Under the pieces are notes generated by a model, which saw only the letters and a program-made list of their open reading frames with translations, had not been told where the DNA came from and ran no database searches. Of a stretch of DNA of 46,761 bases, positions 9,211 through 18,552 are shown piece by piece. Origin of the DNA: Planctomycetota bacterium (GTDB lineage: Bacteria > Planctomycetota > GCA-002687715 > DRQF01); the NCBI GenBank assembly GCA_027001995.1, contig JALTLO010000123.1, forward strand, positions 1 through 46,761. Direction: 5' to 3'. Within the stretch, counting starts at the first letter, position 1. Each line of letters begins with the position of its first letter. Made by a program: the position numbers and the translations under genes.

Positions 9211-11043
9211 TTAGCGAGTCTCCATTGCTTTCTGCATGAGCTTAAGTCGCTCATCGTATGCTCTTGACAATGCACGACGGCGAAGCATTCCCAGCAATTT
9301 GTGCTTATCATCTGGATCAACCACAGGAAGCTCATCGATATTCTTCAGGTTGAATCTTTGAAGAGCGACATGCAAATCGTCTTTGGGCGTGATTGAAATC
9401 ACACTTGTGGTCATGAAGTCTGCAGCCACAGCAAGCTCATGGAGAGTATCGTCATAGGTAAAGGAACGAATATCATGAGCTGAGAAAATGCCGACGAAGC
9501 GCCCGTCGTTGTCGAGTACCGGAAAATAGTCTGCGTGGGTATCTCCCACCAAATGGACGATATCCTTAAGAGGCGTGCCAATTCTCACATTCTGAAAAGC
9601 CCGGTCTTCCATAACATCGGCAACGACAATGTCTTGCAAAAGAGGAACCATGAATTCGCCTTTGTGGGCTGGAGAATGGGCCCGATTCAGCACTTGCTTG
9701 CGGTAAAGTGTCCAAGGAGTACAAATGACAAAAGTGATGGCGCAAACCCACATGGCAGGCATGAGTAGTTCATAGGAACCGGTCATTTCACTTACCATGA
9801 TAATCGTCGAGATGGGGGTACGTGCTGAACCAGCAAAGAAACCACACATGCCCACCACCACAAAGCTGGCGGGGTGTTCGATGAGACCCATTTGCTGGAA
9901 GATAAGACCGACGGCACCGCCGATCCCGCCACCAACCACCATAGCTGGACCAAAAACACCACCACTGCCCCCCGAGGAAATCGTGAGTGCTGTGGTCAGA
10001 ATCTTGAAGACAGCTACGAGAATCAAGATCTGAATTCCCGCCCAACCCACAAGGGAGCCATCCAATGCCTGCTGCAAGATGCCATAGCCAAAAGCCAGAA
10101 CCGACAGGCTATTTTCATCGCCGGTGGCTTTCCACAATCCTAAGGCCACTAACCCAGTGAGTAGCCCCCCCAAAGCTGGAGCAAGGGCTTTTGGACCTTT
10201 CATCCGATCGAACAAACTCTCGGTCCCATAGAAAACTTTGATATTGAGCCAGATAACGGGCACCAAGATCAAGGCCAGAACCGTGTAGGGTCCTAGGTCC
10301 ATGAGGTTGTTGAATGTTAAGTTGGAAGGCACCAAGAACAGGTGAGTGAAACTTCCGAACCAGCCACAGAGAACACAGTAAGCCACAGCCGAAGAGAGGA
10401 AGGAGGGAAGAAGGACGTCCGACTCGAACTCTGCTTCACGGTACATAACTTCGCTAGCAAAAAGTGCTCCAGCGAGGGGGGCACGAAAAATGGCTCCGAC
10501 CCCAGCTCCCATCCCCGCCGCCAAAAGGATGCGTCGTTGACGATCATCGAGATGAAGTTGGGTCGCCAAGAAGGAACCGAAACCCGCCCCGATTTGAGCG
10601 ATGGGGCCTTCCCGACCACCGCTGCCCCCTGTACCCAGTGAAATCGCCGTGGTGATCGATTTAAGCAGAGGCACGCGATAGCGAATGCGCCCCCCATGGT
10701 GGTGGTAGGCCTCAATAGCTGCATCTGTTCCGTGGCCCTTGGCTTCTGGGGCATAGCGAAAACAGAGGAAACCACTGAGGAGCCCGCCGATGGCAGGGGC
10801 AAAGACAATCCCCAACATGACAACTTCCGCTGGACCATGAGAGGGAAAAAGATGCGATTCGCCACTGGGACCAGAGGGGGAATAGCCACAAAGACCTTCC
10901 ATGATCAAGTGGAAAGCCCCCTGGCTAAGATACTCGAAAGCCACAGCACCGGAGCCAGCAACGAAGCCAACAACGAGGGCCAGTCCGGCCATAGCGCCAG
11001 CCCCTTTCCATACGGAGCGCTTGGAACCTGGGTGACTGGACAT
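9211..11043 (-). CDS. ClC family chloride channel / H+/Cl- antiporter with C-terminal CBS pair
   Basis: Motifs GHGTD, GGSGGREGP, GAIFRAPLAGALF..E and GGSGGVFGP; two CBS domains at the C-terminus. Confidence 0.92.
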   Translation of the reverse strand: MSSHPGSKRSVWKGAGAMAGLALVVGFVAGSGAVAFEYLSQGAFHLIMEGLCGYSPSGPSGESHLFPSHGPAEVVMLGIVFAPAIGGLLSGFLCFRYAPEAKGHGTDAAIEAYHHHGGRIRYRVPLLKSITTAISLGTGGSGGREGPIAQIGAGFGSFLATQLHLDDRQRRILLAAGMGAGVGAIFRAPLAGALFASEVMYREAEFESDVLLPSFLSSAVAYCVLCGWFGSFTHLFLVPSNLTFNNLMDLGPYTVLALILVPVIWLNIKVFYGTESLFDRMKGPKALAPALGGLLTGLVALGLWKATGDENSLSVLAFGYGILQQALDGSLVGWAGIQILILVAVFKILTTALTISSGGSGGVFGPAMVVGGGIGGAVGLIFQQMGLIEHPASFVVVGMCGFFAGSARTPISTIIMVSEMTGSYELLMPAMWVCAITFVICTPWTLYRKQVLNRAHSPAHKGEFMVPLLQDIVVADVMEDRAFQNVRIGTPLKDIVHLVGDTHADYFPVLDNDGRFVGIFSAHDIRSFTYDDTLHELAVAADFMTTSVISITPKDDLHVALQRFNLKNIDELPVVDPDDKHKLLGMLRRRALSRAYDERLKLMQKAMETR

Positions 11044-11088
11044 GATTTGGAGGAACTCTCTGGGCGTGGGCGAAAAAAAAGGCGAAGA

Positions 11089-11328
11089 CTACTCGGGGGC
11101 GTCTTCCCCAGGAAGTGGAGTTCCGAATCGGCCGCGCATGTCTTCGACCATGGCGTCCACATCAGCCTGGACCCCAGTCACTTTGATAATGCTGGCGTCC
11201 TCAAAAATCTGAAACTTGTCACTGCGCTCAGTCGCCCATTGGCGGCAGGCGTCAACAACCTCTTTGCGGCACTCATCTGAGTATTTCTTGAAGCTCTTGG
11301 TGTGCTTCACAACGGGGGCATCTGACAT
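11089..11328 (-). CDS. Small hypothetical protein (79 aa)
   Basis: AAGGAG RBS before the ATG; fills the intergenic gap in the same direction as its neighbours. Confidence 0.6.
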   Translation of the reverse strand: MSDAPVVKHTKSFKKYSDECRKEVVDACRQWATERSDKFQIFEDASIIKVTGVQADVDAMVEDMRGRFGTPLPGEDAPE

Positions 11329-11429
11329 GGAATTCTCCTTGAGAAGATTTATAGCCCTCAGTCCTCAGATCGACAAGCATTGATAAGACAAAGGCGTCTA
11401 AAATAGCCCAAAGGGTGTCAAACCCGCCA

Positions 11430-11753
11430 TTAGTCCCAAAATGGATTCCGCGGATCATCCCCCAGATCGTCCGCATCTTTGGCTTCTTCAATCTTTTTCT
11501 GCATATCGCCAAAAAGCTCATCAAGCCGTTTTTCGCTGTCTTCCACTGACTTCTTGGCAATGTCAAAGAGGTCGTTTCGCTGCTGTTGCTTGGACTTCAC
11601 CCTCTCAAAGACCTCATCGAACATCTCAGCCTTGTCTTTTTCGGGATTTTCTAAGTCAACTTTGTGCTTGTGAGAAATGACCTTTTGCCTTGAAACATCG
11701 ATTTCAAGGGATCCTCCGCACTCTGGGCATTCAACTGTGATAATTGATCTCAT
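11430..11753 (-). CDS. Hypothetical protein with N-terminal CxxC knuckle and coiled coil
   Basis: VECPECGGSLEID followed by a charged helical region, ending NPFWD. Confidence 0.7.
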   Translation of the reverse strand: MRSIITVECPECGGSLEIDVSRQKVISHKHKVDLENPEKDKAEMFDEVFERVKSKQQQRNDLFDIAKKSVEDSEKRLDELFGDMQKKIEEAKDADDLGDDPRNPFWD

Positions 11754-11894
11754 AGCCTATTCTACACCACTTCGGAGCCAGATCAGCCCCCAAATTGTCT
11801 TCAGGCTCAGCTTTCCCCTGCCAGAATTGGCGACATGGGTTAGAACGTGGAAGAATTGACGCTCCGCCCCGTCTTTGTCCTTTTTGAGACAACC

Positions 11895-13424
11895 ATGAAA
11901 CAACAGCCCTCAAGCTATCTCCCGTATTTCCTCGTTGTCCTGGGGGCGGTCTTTGTATTGCCCTTGGCTATGGTCTTCTCCCAGGCCTTTGGCATGAACC
12001 AAGTGGGGTCGACGGCCGTGATGGTTTTGAGCCTCGTGGTGCTCATGTGGGTCTGCTTTGTGACCAAAGCAGAAGCAATCGCCACTCTCAAGATTCCCAC
12101 GAGCATATTGCTGAGTGCTGGGCTCATCGCTTTTGCCGCTGGCCTGGCCTTGGGGGGCGTTGGACTCTTCGTGGCCAATGTTGAGCAAAAGGGCTATGTC
12201 TGGCATCACCAGCAAGATTTCGGCGTCAAACACAACTGCTTTACATGCTACACGATGGCAGCTTATTGCGACCGGGATCATGTGGGCAACGTCTATGACC
12301 GGAAAACCCTATCGAAGCCGAAAAGTGCCCCACTCCTCAAGACACTCAACGGTCAATTTCCCGTCGATGCCTACCCTTACCCACCACCGTTTCTCCTAGT
12401 GCATCGAGCACTCATCACCATCAGTGAGGACTTCTTTGTACTCCGGCGAATCTGGTACCTGATCGTTGTGGTTTTCTGCCTCTGGGGCGCTTCGTCCCTG
12501 GTCACATGGGCTGGGGGAACAACCTTCAATCCCGGATTGCTCTTTTTGCCTGTCCTCTTACTGGCACCATCGACCTTAACCGCAATCCAAATTCAAAACG
12601 TCCATCCCCTGGTCCTCATCTCCTCCTTGGTCGGGATGATGGCATTCAGCAGGAATCGCAATCTCTTGGGGTCTCTGTGCTTGGCATTTGCAATCACCTG
12701 CAAAATTTGGCCCTTAGTTCTTCTTGTTCCCCTGGTTCTTGCCCGCAAATGGCGATCTATCATCAGCACGATCTTAGGGCTGATCACGTTAGGAATTCTA
12801 TCTCGACTCACCTTCGGAACCGGGATATTCCACGATTTCATTCATTACCAATTGCCCAGACTGGCAAGCGGTGAAGCATTCAGTTTCATGACCAAGCATG
12901 CCGGGGCGATGACAGCGAACACCTCGATCTTTGGATTCTGGCACAAACTCTATGAGGTTGGCGTGTTCTCAGGCACCCCCCCAGAACTGCTCAACCCGAT
13001 TCTGTCTTGGGGATATTTACTAGTTGCCGCTGCGGTCATTCTCTGGGCTTCTTGGGCAAGCAAGCGACTATTCCGCCTCGCCTTCAAAGATCATGAAGAA
13101 GGTCGAATCGCCCGCTTAAAGCTATTGACGATATGGTTGGCCATCTTGACGTTGGTTCAGTTACGCAGTCCCTTCCTTCCATGGCCCTACGGCGTCCTGA
13201 CCACCCAATGGCTATTCATCATCTTAGCCGTTGAAGGGCAAGGAAAAACACGATGGCTCTTCATCCTGGGCTGGATCTACTATGCGGTTTACATTCCCTT
13301 TCCTGGAGGGCATGCCACACTCAACTTCATCTACGGCATGGTCGGAACAGCGCTCATGTTTGCAATCTCGGTTTTCGCCCTCTGGCGTTGCACTCGCAGA
13401 AACGGAACGATCACGGTCCCATAG
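11895..13424 (+). CDS. Glycosyltransferase family 87 (DUF2029-like, GT-C) membrane protein
   Basis: Multi-TM protein with YPYPPPFLL, IQIQNV.PL and LAFAITCKIWP motifs. ATG1 at 11895 preferred over GTG at 11847. Confidence 0.75.
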   Translation: MKQQPSSYLPYFLVVLGAVFVLPLAMVFSQAFGMNQVGSTAVMVLSLVVLMWVCFVTKAEAIATLKIPTSILLSAGLIAFAAGLALGGVGLFVANVEQKGYVWHHQQDFGVKHNCFTCYTMAAYCDRDHVGNVYDRKTLSKPKSAPLLKTLNGQFPVDAYPYPPPFLLVHRALITISEDFFVLRRIWYLIVVVFCLWGASSLVTWAGGTTFNPGLLFLPVLLLAPSTLTAIQIQNVHPLVLISSLVGMMAFSRNRNLLGSLCLAFAITCKIWPLVLLVPLVLARKWRSIISTILGLITLGILSRLTFGTGIFHDFIHYQLPRLASGEAFSFMTKHAGAMTANTSIFGFWHKLYEVGVFSGTPPELLNPILSWGYLLVAAAVILWASWASKRLFRLAFKDHEEGRIARLKLLTIWLAILTLVQLRSPFLPWPYGVLTTQWLFIILAVEGQGKTRWLFILGWIYYAVYIPFPGGHATLNFIYGMVGTALMFAISVFALWRCTRRNGTITVP

Positions 13425-14499
13425 GGACAAGCTGTTTCTCCCCATTGGGGGTGTATCCTTCCTCCACCAACTGTTCATAAGCAGTCAGTAAAGGTTCGCT
13501 ACAATCATGAAGGAGAGCTTGGGTGTCAATAAGAGGAACAGCCTGCTCCTCAATCTGAACTGTGCCTGAGTAGAATCGTCGATGAATGGGGATACTAGAA
13601 TCATGGAGATCGATTTCTTCCCCTTCGAACCGAAACCGACCAACAATCTCCTGCACGCGAAATCCTGACGGCCCGCCCTCATCGTGCAAGAGCAATAGGG
13701 AAGTCCGTGTCCTGGTCTCGCGCTGCTCGTCTTTCATGCCGAGATACACACCCAAGTCAAGAATCGGATAACAATTCCCCCGTAAAGGAAGAACGCCGAT
13801 AAAATTGGGTTGCGTGTCTGGCAGTGAGAGAACCCCCTCGTCAGGCAAAACCTCAATAACATCAGCGCTAGGAAACCCGAAGATAGCATCCCTGGCCCGA
13901 ACCAAGAGATAGGTTCCTGATAGCCGCTTTTGGTCACCACTGAGCTCCAGTGGATCTCTTTGTCTCTTCTGCTTGAGTCCTCCGAGAGATCGGATTGCCT
14001 CCCTTGATCCTCGCCACAACCCCACTGCCTCTCGGTCTTTTTCACTCACTAAAAGGACGGGATCGAAAACCTCATAAGTCTCATCAGAAAATTGAGCAAA
14101 CCCCATACACCCAGGCATGGCATCCCCGCCCTCCAACACACCTGTCTTGGTGATATTGCTCATGTCCATGGTAAAGACAGCGCCGATAGCATCGACAAGA
14201 AGTGCGAAGGGCCGTGATTCAAATTCGACCACGACAAGACAAGCGGAACTTGCAATGGGTTCAACTCGCCCAGGGCCAAATCGGCTAGCCAAGTCGATCA
14301 CCGGATAAACGTCGTCACCAATCGATTTACTGGCGAAGAATCCATCGAGGGGCAGATCGTCATAATCGAGGTCCACAGCCGGTACGATCTTCTTCACCCC
14401 TACCAAAGATAATAAGAAACGTTGGGATTGGACATGAACAGTTAACAGCTTGCCAAGCCTCTGAGCCTGAACTTCATCGAAGCCAAGAAGATCACTCAT
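13411..14499 (-). CDS. Chemotaxis protein with two CheW-like domains
   Basis: VYPVIDLA...FALLVDAIG and FIGVLPLRGNCYPILDLG...GFRVQEIVG. Confidence 0.85.
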   Translation of the reverse strand: MSDLLGFDEVQAQRLGKLLTVHVQSQRFLLSLVGVKKIVPAVDLDYDDLPLDGFFASKSIGDDVYPVIDLASRFGPGRVEPIASSACLVVVEFESRPFALLVDAIGAVFTMDMSNITKTGVLEGGDAMPGCMGFAQFSDETYEVFDPVLLVSEKDREAVGLWRGSREAIRSLGGLKQKRQRDPLELSGDQKRLSGTYLLVRARDAIFGFPSADVIEVLPDEGVLSLPDTQPNFIGVLPLRGNCYPILDLGVYLGMKDEQRETRTRTSLLLLHDEGGPSGFRVQEIVGRFRFEGEEIDLHDSSIPIHRRFYSGTVQIEEQAVPLIDTQALLHDCSEPLLTAYEQLVEEGYTPNGEKQLVPMGP

Positions 14500-14969
14500 G
14501 GGATTGCCACCTCCACGACGTCCACACCACTCCTGGCATCGATCCTTTTACCGATTGCCGAACCCTGAAGAACAAAGTTAACGCCATTTTCTTCCACCAA
14601 GACGCTCTTAACGTAGTCAACCTGAATTGTGCCCCCAACGGATGGAGGTGGAAGAAGGTCCGCATCTTCAAACTTTGAGAGACCTTCAATGTGGTCAACC
14701 AGAAGAGCCACGACGGGATCCAAGTCCTCAAGGCGAACCAGCACGAAGCAGGTCTTCGGGGTAATGGGCGACGGATCACCCTGCCATAGCAAGACATGAA
14801 GATCGATTGCCGTGATTGTTTCCGACCGGAGATTGAGAACGCCCAAAACAGACGGATTAGGATGGTTAATTGGAGTTACGTCTGTGTAGGAAATCACTTC
14901 CTGAACCTGTTTCGATTCCAGTGCGAATCGGCGGCCGGCAACGTCGAAGATGAGCAACCTAACCATCAA
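14496..14969 (-). CDS. cheW: Chemotaxis coupling protein CheW
   Basis: [14 protein letters not shown]...VQEVI...[17 protein letters not shown]...ALLVDHI. Confidence 0.88.
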   Translation of the reverse strand: MMVRLLIFDVAGRRFALESKQVQEVISYTDVTPINHPNPSVLGVLNLRSETITAIDLHVLLWQGDPSPITPKTCFVLVRLEDLDPVVALLVDHIEGLSKFEDADLLPPPSVGGTIQVDYVKSVLVEENGVNFVLQGSAIGKRIDARSGVDVVEVAIP

Positions 14970-16501
14970 AAAAGCTCGTCAATTGGTACTTCATCATTGG
15001 GGCCGCATCCGGGTGAAGAGACCACTTGCCGTTGGGTCTTTGGGTTATTGCCCCTATGGGTGAAGCGACTTCCGGCCATACTGCCCTTACCCTCCAAGAT
15101 CCCTCGCAAGTCAACCACAACGCGCTCAAGCTCATCCGCTTGTTCGCCCAACATGTGAGCCGAAGCTGCGCTTTCCTCAGAAACCGCTGCATTTGATTGG
15201 ACCACGGCATCGATCTGGGCCAAAGCCGCGTTGATCTCACCAATCGCAGTGGACTGACTCTTGCTCATTTCGTTGATTGCTCCAATCTTGGAAGTCACCG
15301 TTGTGACGGAAGATGTGATCTTTTTGAGCATCGATGCGGTTGAACCACAATGAGAGCTACCATCCTTGGCCGAATTGAGGGCAATTCGAATGCTCTCCGC
15401 TGTCTCGCTTGCGGCTTTGCCACTGCGTTCGGCCAAGTTTCGAACCTCTTCTGCGACCACGGCGAAGCGACGACCATGCTCACCGGCTCCTTCAGCTTCA
15501 ATGGCCGCATTGAGCGCCAAGAGATTGGTCTGAAATGCGATATCCTCAATCGCCTTCAAGACGTTGGCCACGCTTGTGGTGCTCTCCTCGATTTCTTGCA
15601 TGGCCGCCTGCATGCTATTCATGGTCTGGTCACCATCGCTGACGATTTCTTGGGCGCCATTGGCGAGTTCTGCCACTTCGGCGGCGCATTCCGCGTTAGC
15701 CCGTGCGGACCCAGCAACATCATCAATCGTCGCCGTTGTCTCTACCAATGATGCGGCGTTACTCTGCACACCTTCCGCCACATCTTGAGACGCTTGGGCA
15801 ATCTCCTTCGATGCCGTGGCAATCGATTCCGACCCGGCGGCAAGCTTGTTGAGAGCTTCAGCCAAGGGTTTGGTAATTGATCGTCCAACGAAGAATCCAA
15901 GAATCCCAAGGCCAATAACCAAAGCCACTGCAATATTCTGAGCAGCATAAAGCGTCCCCAATTTGGCGTCCGAAGCCGATTGAAAAGCACCGGTGGCTGA
16001 ATTCATCAGTTTCAGCAAAGAGACATTGTTCTCGACCAAGAACTGAAGAGCCTCAGACCGAAGCTGCGGAGATTTTTGACTTTCGGGGCTGGTCAAAACA
16101 CCAATGCGTTTCTTGAATTCGACCCAAAGTTCTTTCCCCTTGGCGAGGGCGTCGATCACACCTTCATCTTCTGCTGGAGGCAAGGTACAAGTTTCCATCT
16201 TGCCGTTGAGAGTTTCACCTCCTTCAACAAGAGCCAGAAGAGTCCGATCGAATAGGGCTTCTGTTTTCATCAAAGCGTCACGCCATTGGGCATGCTTTTC
16301 TGGTGACTGGGCCCCGGCCAGAAGAACAGCCTCCTTGGTCATCCGCTGACTCAACATCCTCTGACGTCCGGTCAGATTGATTTGCAATCCATCGGCCTTC
16401 TTCTGATTCAACAAAGACGATGTCACGAGGACAAGAACAACAGGAAGGGCGACAAAAGTAATGACCAAGCTATTCAATTTAACATTGAGGCTGAGACGCA
16501 T
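14966..16501 (-). CDS. Methyl-accepting chemotaxis protein with NarX/PilJ-type periplasmic sensor (probable nitrate receptor)
   Basis: Two TMs flank a sensor starting [17 protein letters not shown]. Signalling tip reads [37 protein letters not shown]. The start may be 16501 or 16540. Confidence 0.92.
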   Translation of the reverse strand: MRLSLNVKLNSLVITFVALPVVLVLVTSSLLNQKKADGLQINLTGRQRMLSQRMTKEAVLLAGAQSPEKHAQWRDALMKTEALFDRTLLALVEGGETLNGKMETCTLPPAEDEGVIDALAKGKELWVEFKKRIGVLTSPESQKSPQLRSEALQFLVENNVSLLKLMNSATGAFQSASDAKLGTLYAAQNIAVALVIGLGILGFFVGRSITKPLAEALNKLAAGSESIATASKEIAQASQDVAEGVQSNAASLVETTATIDDVAGSARANAECAAEVAELANGAQEIVSDGDQTMNSMQAAMQEIEESTTSVANVLKAIEDIAFQTNLLALNAAIEAEGAGEHGRRFAVVAEEVRNLAERSGKAASETAESIRIALNSAKDGSSHCGSTASMLKKITSSVTTVTSKIGAINEMSKSQSTAIGEINAALAQIDAVVQSNAAVSEESAASAHMLGEQADELERVVVDLRGILEGKGSMAGSRFTHRGNNPKTQRQVVSSPGCGPNDEVPIDELF

Positions 16502-16560
16502 AAGTCGGATCCAGATTAAGAGAACAAAGTAGACGCCCATGCGCCATTGCCTTCATCGCA

Positions 16561-16588
16561 TCTTCGTCTCTTGCTTTTCTCTTCTTGA
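16561..16588 (-). promoter_or_regulatory. Candidate sigma28 (FliA)-type promoter for the MCP-cheW-cheW operon
   Basis: Minus strand TCAAG-N15-GACGAAGA, compared with consensus TAAA/TCAAG-N14-15-GCCGATAA. Confidence 0.35.
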
Positions 16589-16861
16589 CGGTTTCTGGCC
16601 TGATGAGCAAGCCCAGCAAAAGTCCAATCTACAGATTCTGTGGACTACCAAGACCTTAAGCCCTCTCTGCGGCTGAGTGTCGCAGCCAGACAAATTGAGT
16701 TCAGATCTCCCATAGAAACGATGGACATAGCTGACCAATCCACCTTGCTCTCAAGAATCGAAGGATAAAGGAGTCACTGTCGTATTCTCGAACACCCAGT
16801 CTCCGTCAACGCAAAAATCTGTCGCTAAATACAACAGTAGACACTATTTCCACTATTTCTC

Positions 16862-16888
16862 TCAGTTTTTCTCCACCTTGGCCGAAGA
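16862..16888 (+). promoter_or_regulatory. Candidate sigma28 (FliA)-type promoter for the methyltransferase gene
   Basis: TCAG-N15-GCCGAAGA shortly upstream of the start codon. Confidence 0.45.
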
Positions 16889-16920
16889 GTAAACATGCAA
16901 TCGTGAAAGAGGGATGCAGT

Positions 16921-17865
16921 ATGCTCAGAATCTCAAGTGAAAAGTCTCAAGGCAGCAACGAAACAAACAGCCAAGAGAACACCGTCCATGTCGCCAACGG
17001 CCCTGTCGCCAGTGGAGGAAGCGATTCCACCGCACCAAACGTCGACATGAGTCAGACGAAAGAACCAAGGAGCACACAGCAAGAAATTGAAGGCAACCAC
17101 GCCGCCCATGTCTTGCCTTGGCTCACAGAAGAAATTCGATTCCACGCCGCTCTCGACATGGGTTGCGCCGATGGCAGCGCTGTCAAATTGCTGCAGGAAG
17201 CTGGGTATGACGGCCATGGCATTGACCTGAATCCCAGCGCTCAAGGGATCAACAACATCCAAACCGGTGACTTCTTTAAGTCGTCCTACGAAGATGGGTG
17301 TTTCGATGTGGTCATCTGTTGTAATGTCCTGCAAGACATTCCCAACTACCGTATTTCGGAGTTGCTGGCAGAAGTCAACAGAATCTCAAACTCCTACATC
17401 ATGATCACAACGCCCTCAACCGAGTGCGATAATCCCACGGGTGAAACCCGTGAAGTTTCTTGGTGGTGCGAGCGCATCCGTGACTTCGGCTGGAAATTCC
17501 GCATTCTGCGGGAAGACCCAGAAACGGGACACATGGTCATCCTCGCCGAGAAACCAAACAGCTTGGCCGCCCAAATCCTGCCCCTCATTGATGCAGGAGA
17601 ATTGGATGGCAGTGCCGATCAAAATCCCACCTCGCGGGTCATCGCCAAGATCGACGAAGCTGTTGACACACTCAACTCTGGGAATCACGAGGCCGGTTTC
17701 ACCATGATTTCCGAGTTGGCAGACATCCTGCTTTCCGCTGACATGAACTTGGCAAACGTCCAACCGTTGTTCGCTGAGATCATCAAAGCCATGGAGGCAC
17801 AAGACATAAAGAACATCATCAGTCTCTTGCATAACGAGCTGAGATCTGCACTGCAGAATCCATAG
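16921..17865 (+). CDS. Class I SAM-dependent methyltransferase with C-terminal helical extension
   Basis: ALDMGCADG (motif I), GIDL, GDF and FDVVICCNVLQDI. GAGGGA precedes ATG16921; alternative start 16903. Confidence 0.8.
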   Translation: MLRISSEKSQGSNETNSQENTVHVANGPVASGGSDSTAPNVDMSQTKEPRSTQQEIEGNHAAHVLPWLTEEIRFHAALDMGCADGSAVKLLQEAGYDGHGIDLNPSAQGINNIQTGDFFKSSYEDGCFDVVICCNVLQDIPNYRISELLAEVNRISNSYIMITTPSTECDNPTGETREVSWWCERIRDFGWKFRILREDPETGHMVILAEKPNSLAAQILPLIDAGELDGSADQNPTSRVIAKIDEAVDTLNSGNHEAGFTMISELADILLSADMNLANVQPLFAEIIKAMEAQDIKNIISLLHNELRSALQNP

Positions 17866-17920
17866 ACGAACAAGAATGGGGACCAGAAGTCTCTTCAGGT
17901 AGAGCCTTGGGAAGGGTAAA

Positions 17921-17950
17921 GCGTCGGGCAATCAGCTCGACGTTTTTTTT
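17921..17950 (+). terminator. Rho-independent terminator
   Basis: GCGTCGGGC-AATCA-GCTCGACGT stem (2 G-U pairs) followed by T7. Confidence 0.75.
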
Positions 17951-17995
17951 GCCCACCTTGCTAAAGAGAAGAGCCTAGGGAAATTGAATCACAGC

Positions 17996-18106
17996 CCCGA
18001 CGATTTCATGAGATTGCGGTCGTTGAGTAAAGGACTCGCCCCCAAGAGAGCTTAGAACAACGATTCCTGAGACTCCTTTCCAAAACACAACATCGCCAAG
18101 GGTGGC
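17996..18106 (+). repeat. Degenerate second copy of the MITE-like element at 18405-18514
   Basis: 17996-18025 matches 18408-18437 at 24/30, and 18083-18106 matches 18468-18491 at 21/24. Confidence 0.6.
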
Positions 18107-18404
18107 GTTAGTTCCGGTCTTGAGTGCAAACCACAGGATGCACCCAGGATGACTGAAGCGACAATGTCGTGGAGATAGACTCAGATTTCCTGCCTCACTT
18201 GGGGAAATTCCACTCATGCCGAGTTCAATGAACTCTTTGTGGCAAAGCCGCGAAACCCCAAAACAGGCCCTCATCAGACATTCTGACGCTGTTTGTGCTC
18301 ATCCTGAGACACGAACTCACGGAATCGAAACGTGGATGTCCCCATCCTAAAAACTCTCTGCCCATCCTGGCATTCTGGCTCACGATTCGCAGTTTTCGCC
18401 ACCA

Positions 18405-18514
18405 TAACCCGACTCATTCATGGGATCGTGGTCGTTGTGTGAGGAAAGGCCCCGCGAAAAAGGCCCGAAACACAGCATCGCCAAGAGCGGCCGCGAGATC
18501 GTGAATTATTCGGG
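18405..18514. mobile_element. MITE-like / palindromic repeat element (~110 bp, degenerate terminal inverted repeats)
   Basis: The left end TAACCCGACTCATTCATG.. resembles the reverse complement of the right end ..CGTGAATTATTCGGG(TTA). The right end recurs at 42451-42478 (27/28). Confidence 0.55.
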
Positions 18515-18552
18515 ACAATGCTTCGCCCTATTGCATCATGGGAGCCCAAAAG

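Noticed and set aside
11089..11328. IS3 OrfA-like start (KKYSDECRKEVV)
   Set aside because: Similarity is limited to a few residues, with no HTH continuation, OrfB or inverted repeats.
9211..11420. Fluoride exporter (ClC-F) with fluoride riboswitch
   Set aside because: Motifs are GHGTD/GREGP rather than the GNNLI/GREGT type, and I saw no riboswitch-like sequence upstream.
12229..12290. Heme-binding site in the GT87-like protein (HNCFTCY)
   Set aside because: The motif is CxxCY, not CxxCH; no evidence for a c-type heme.
18376..18391. Possible sigma54 promoter TGGCTCACGATTCGCA upstream of narK-DoxX
   Set aside because: GG-N10-GC spacing is correct, but it is a weak consensus match lying among decayed repeats; not enough support.
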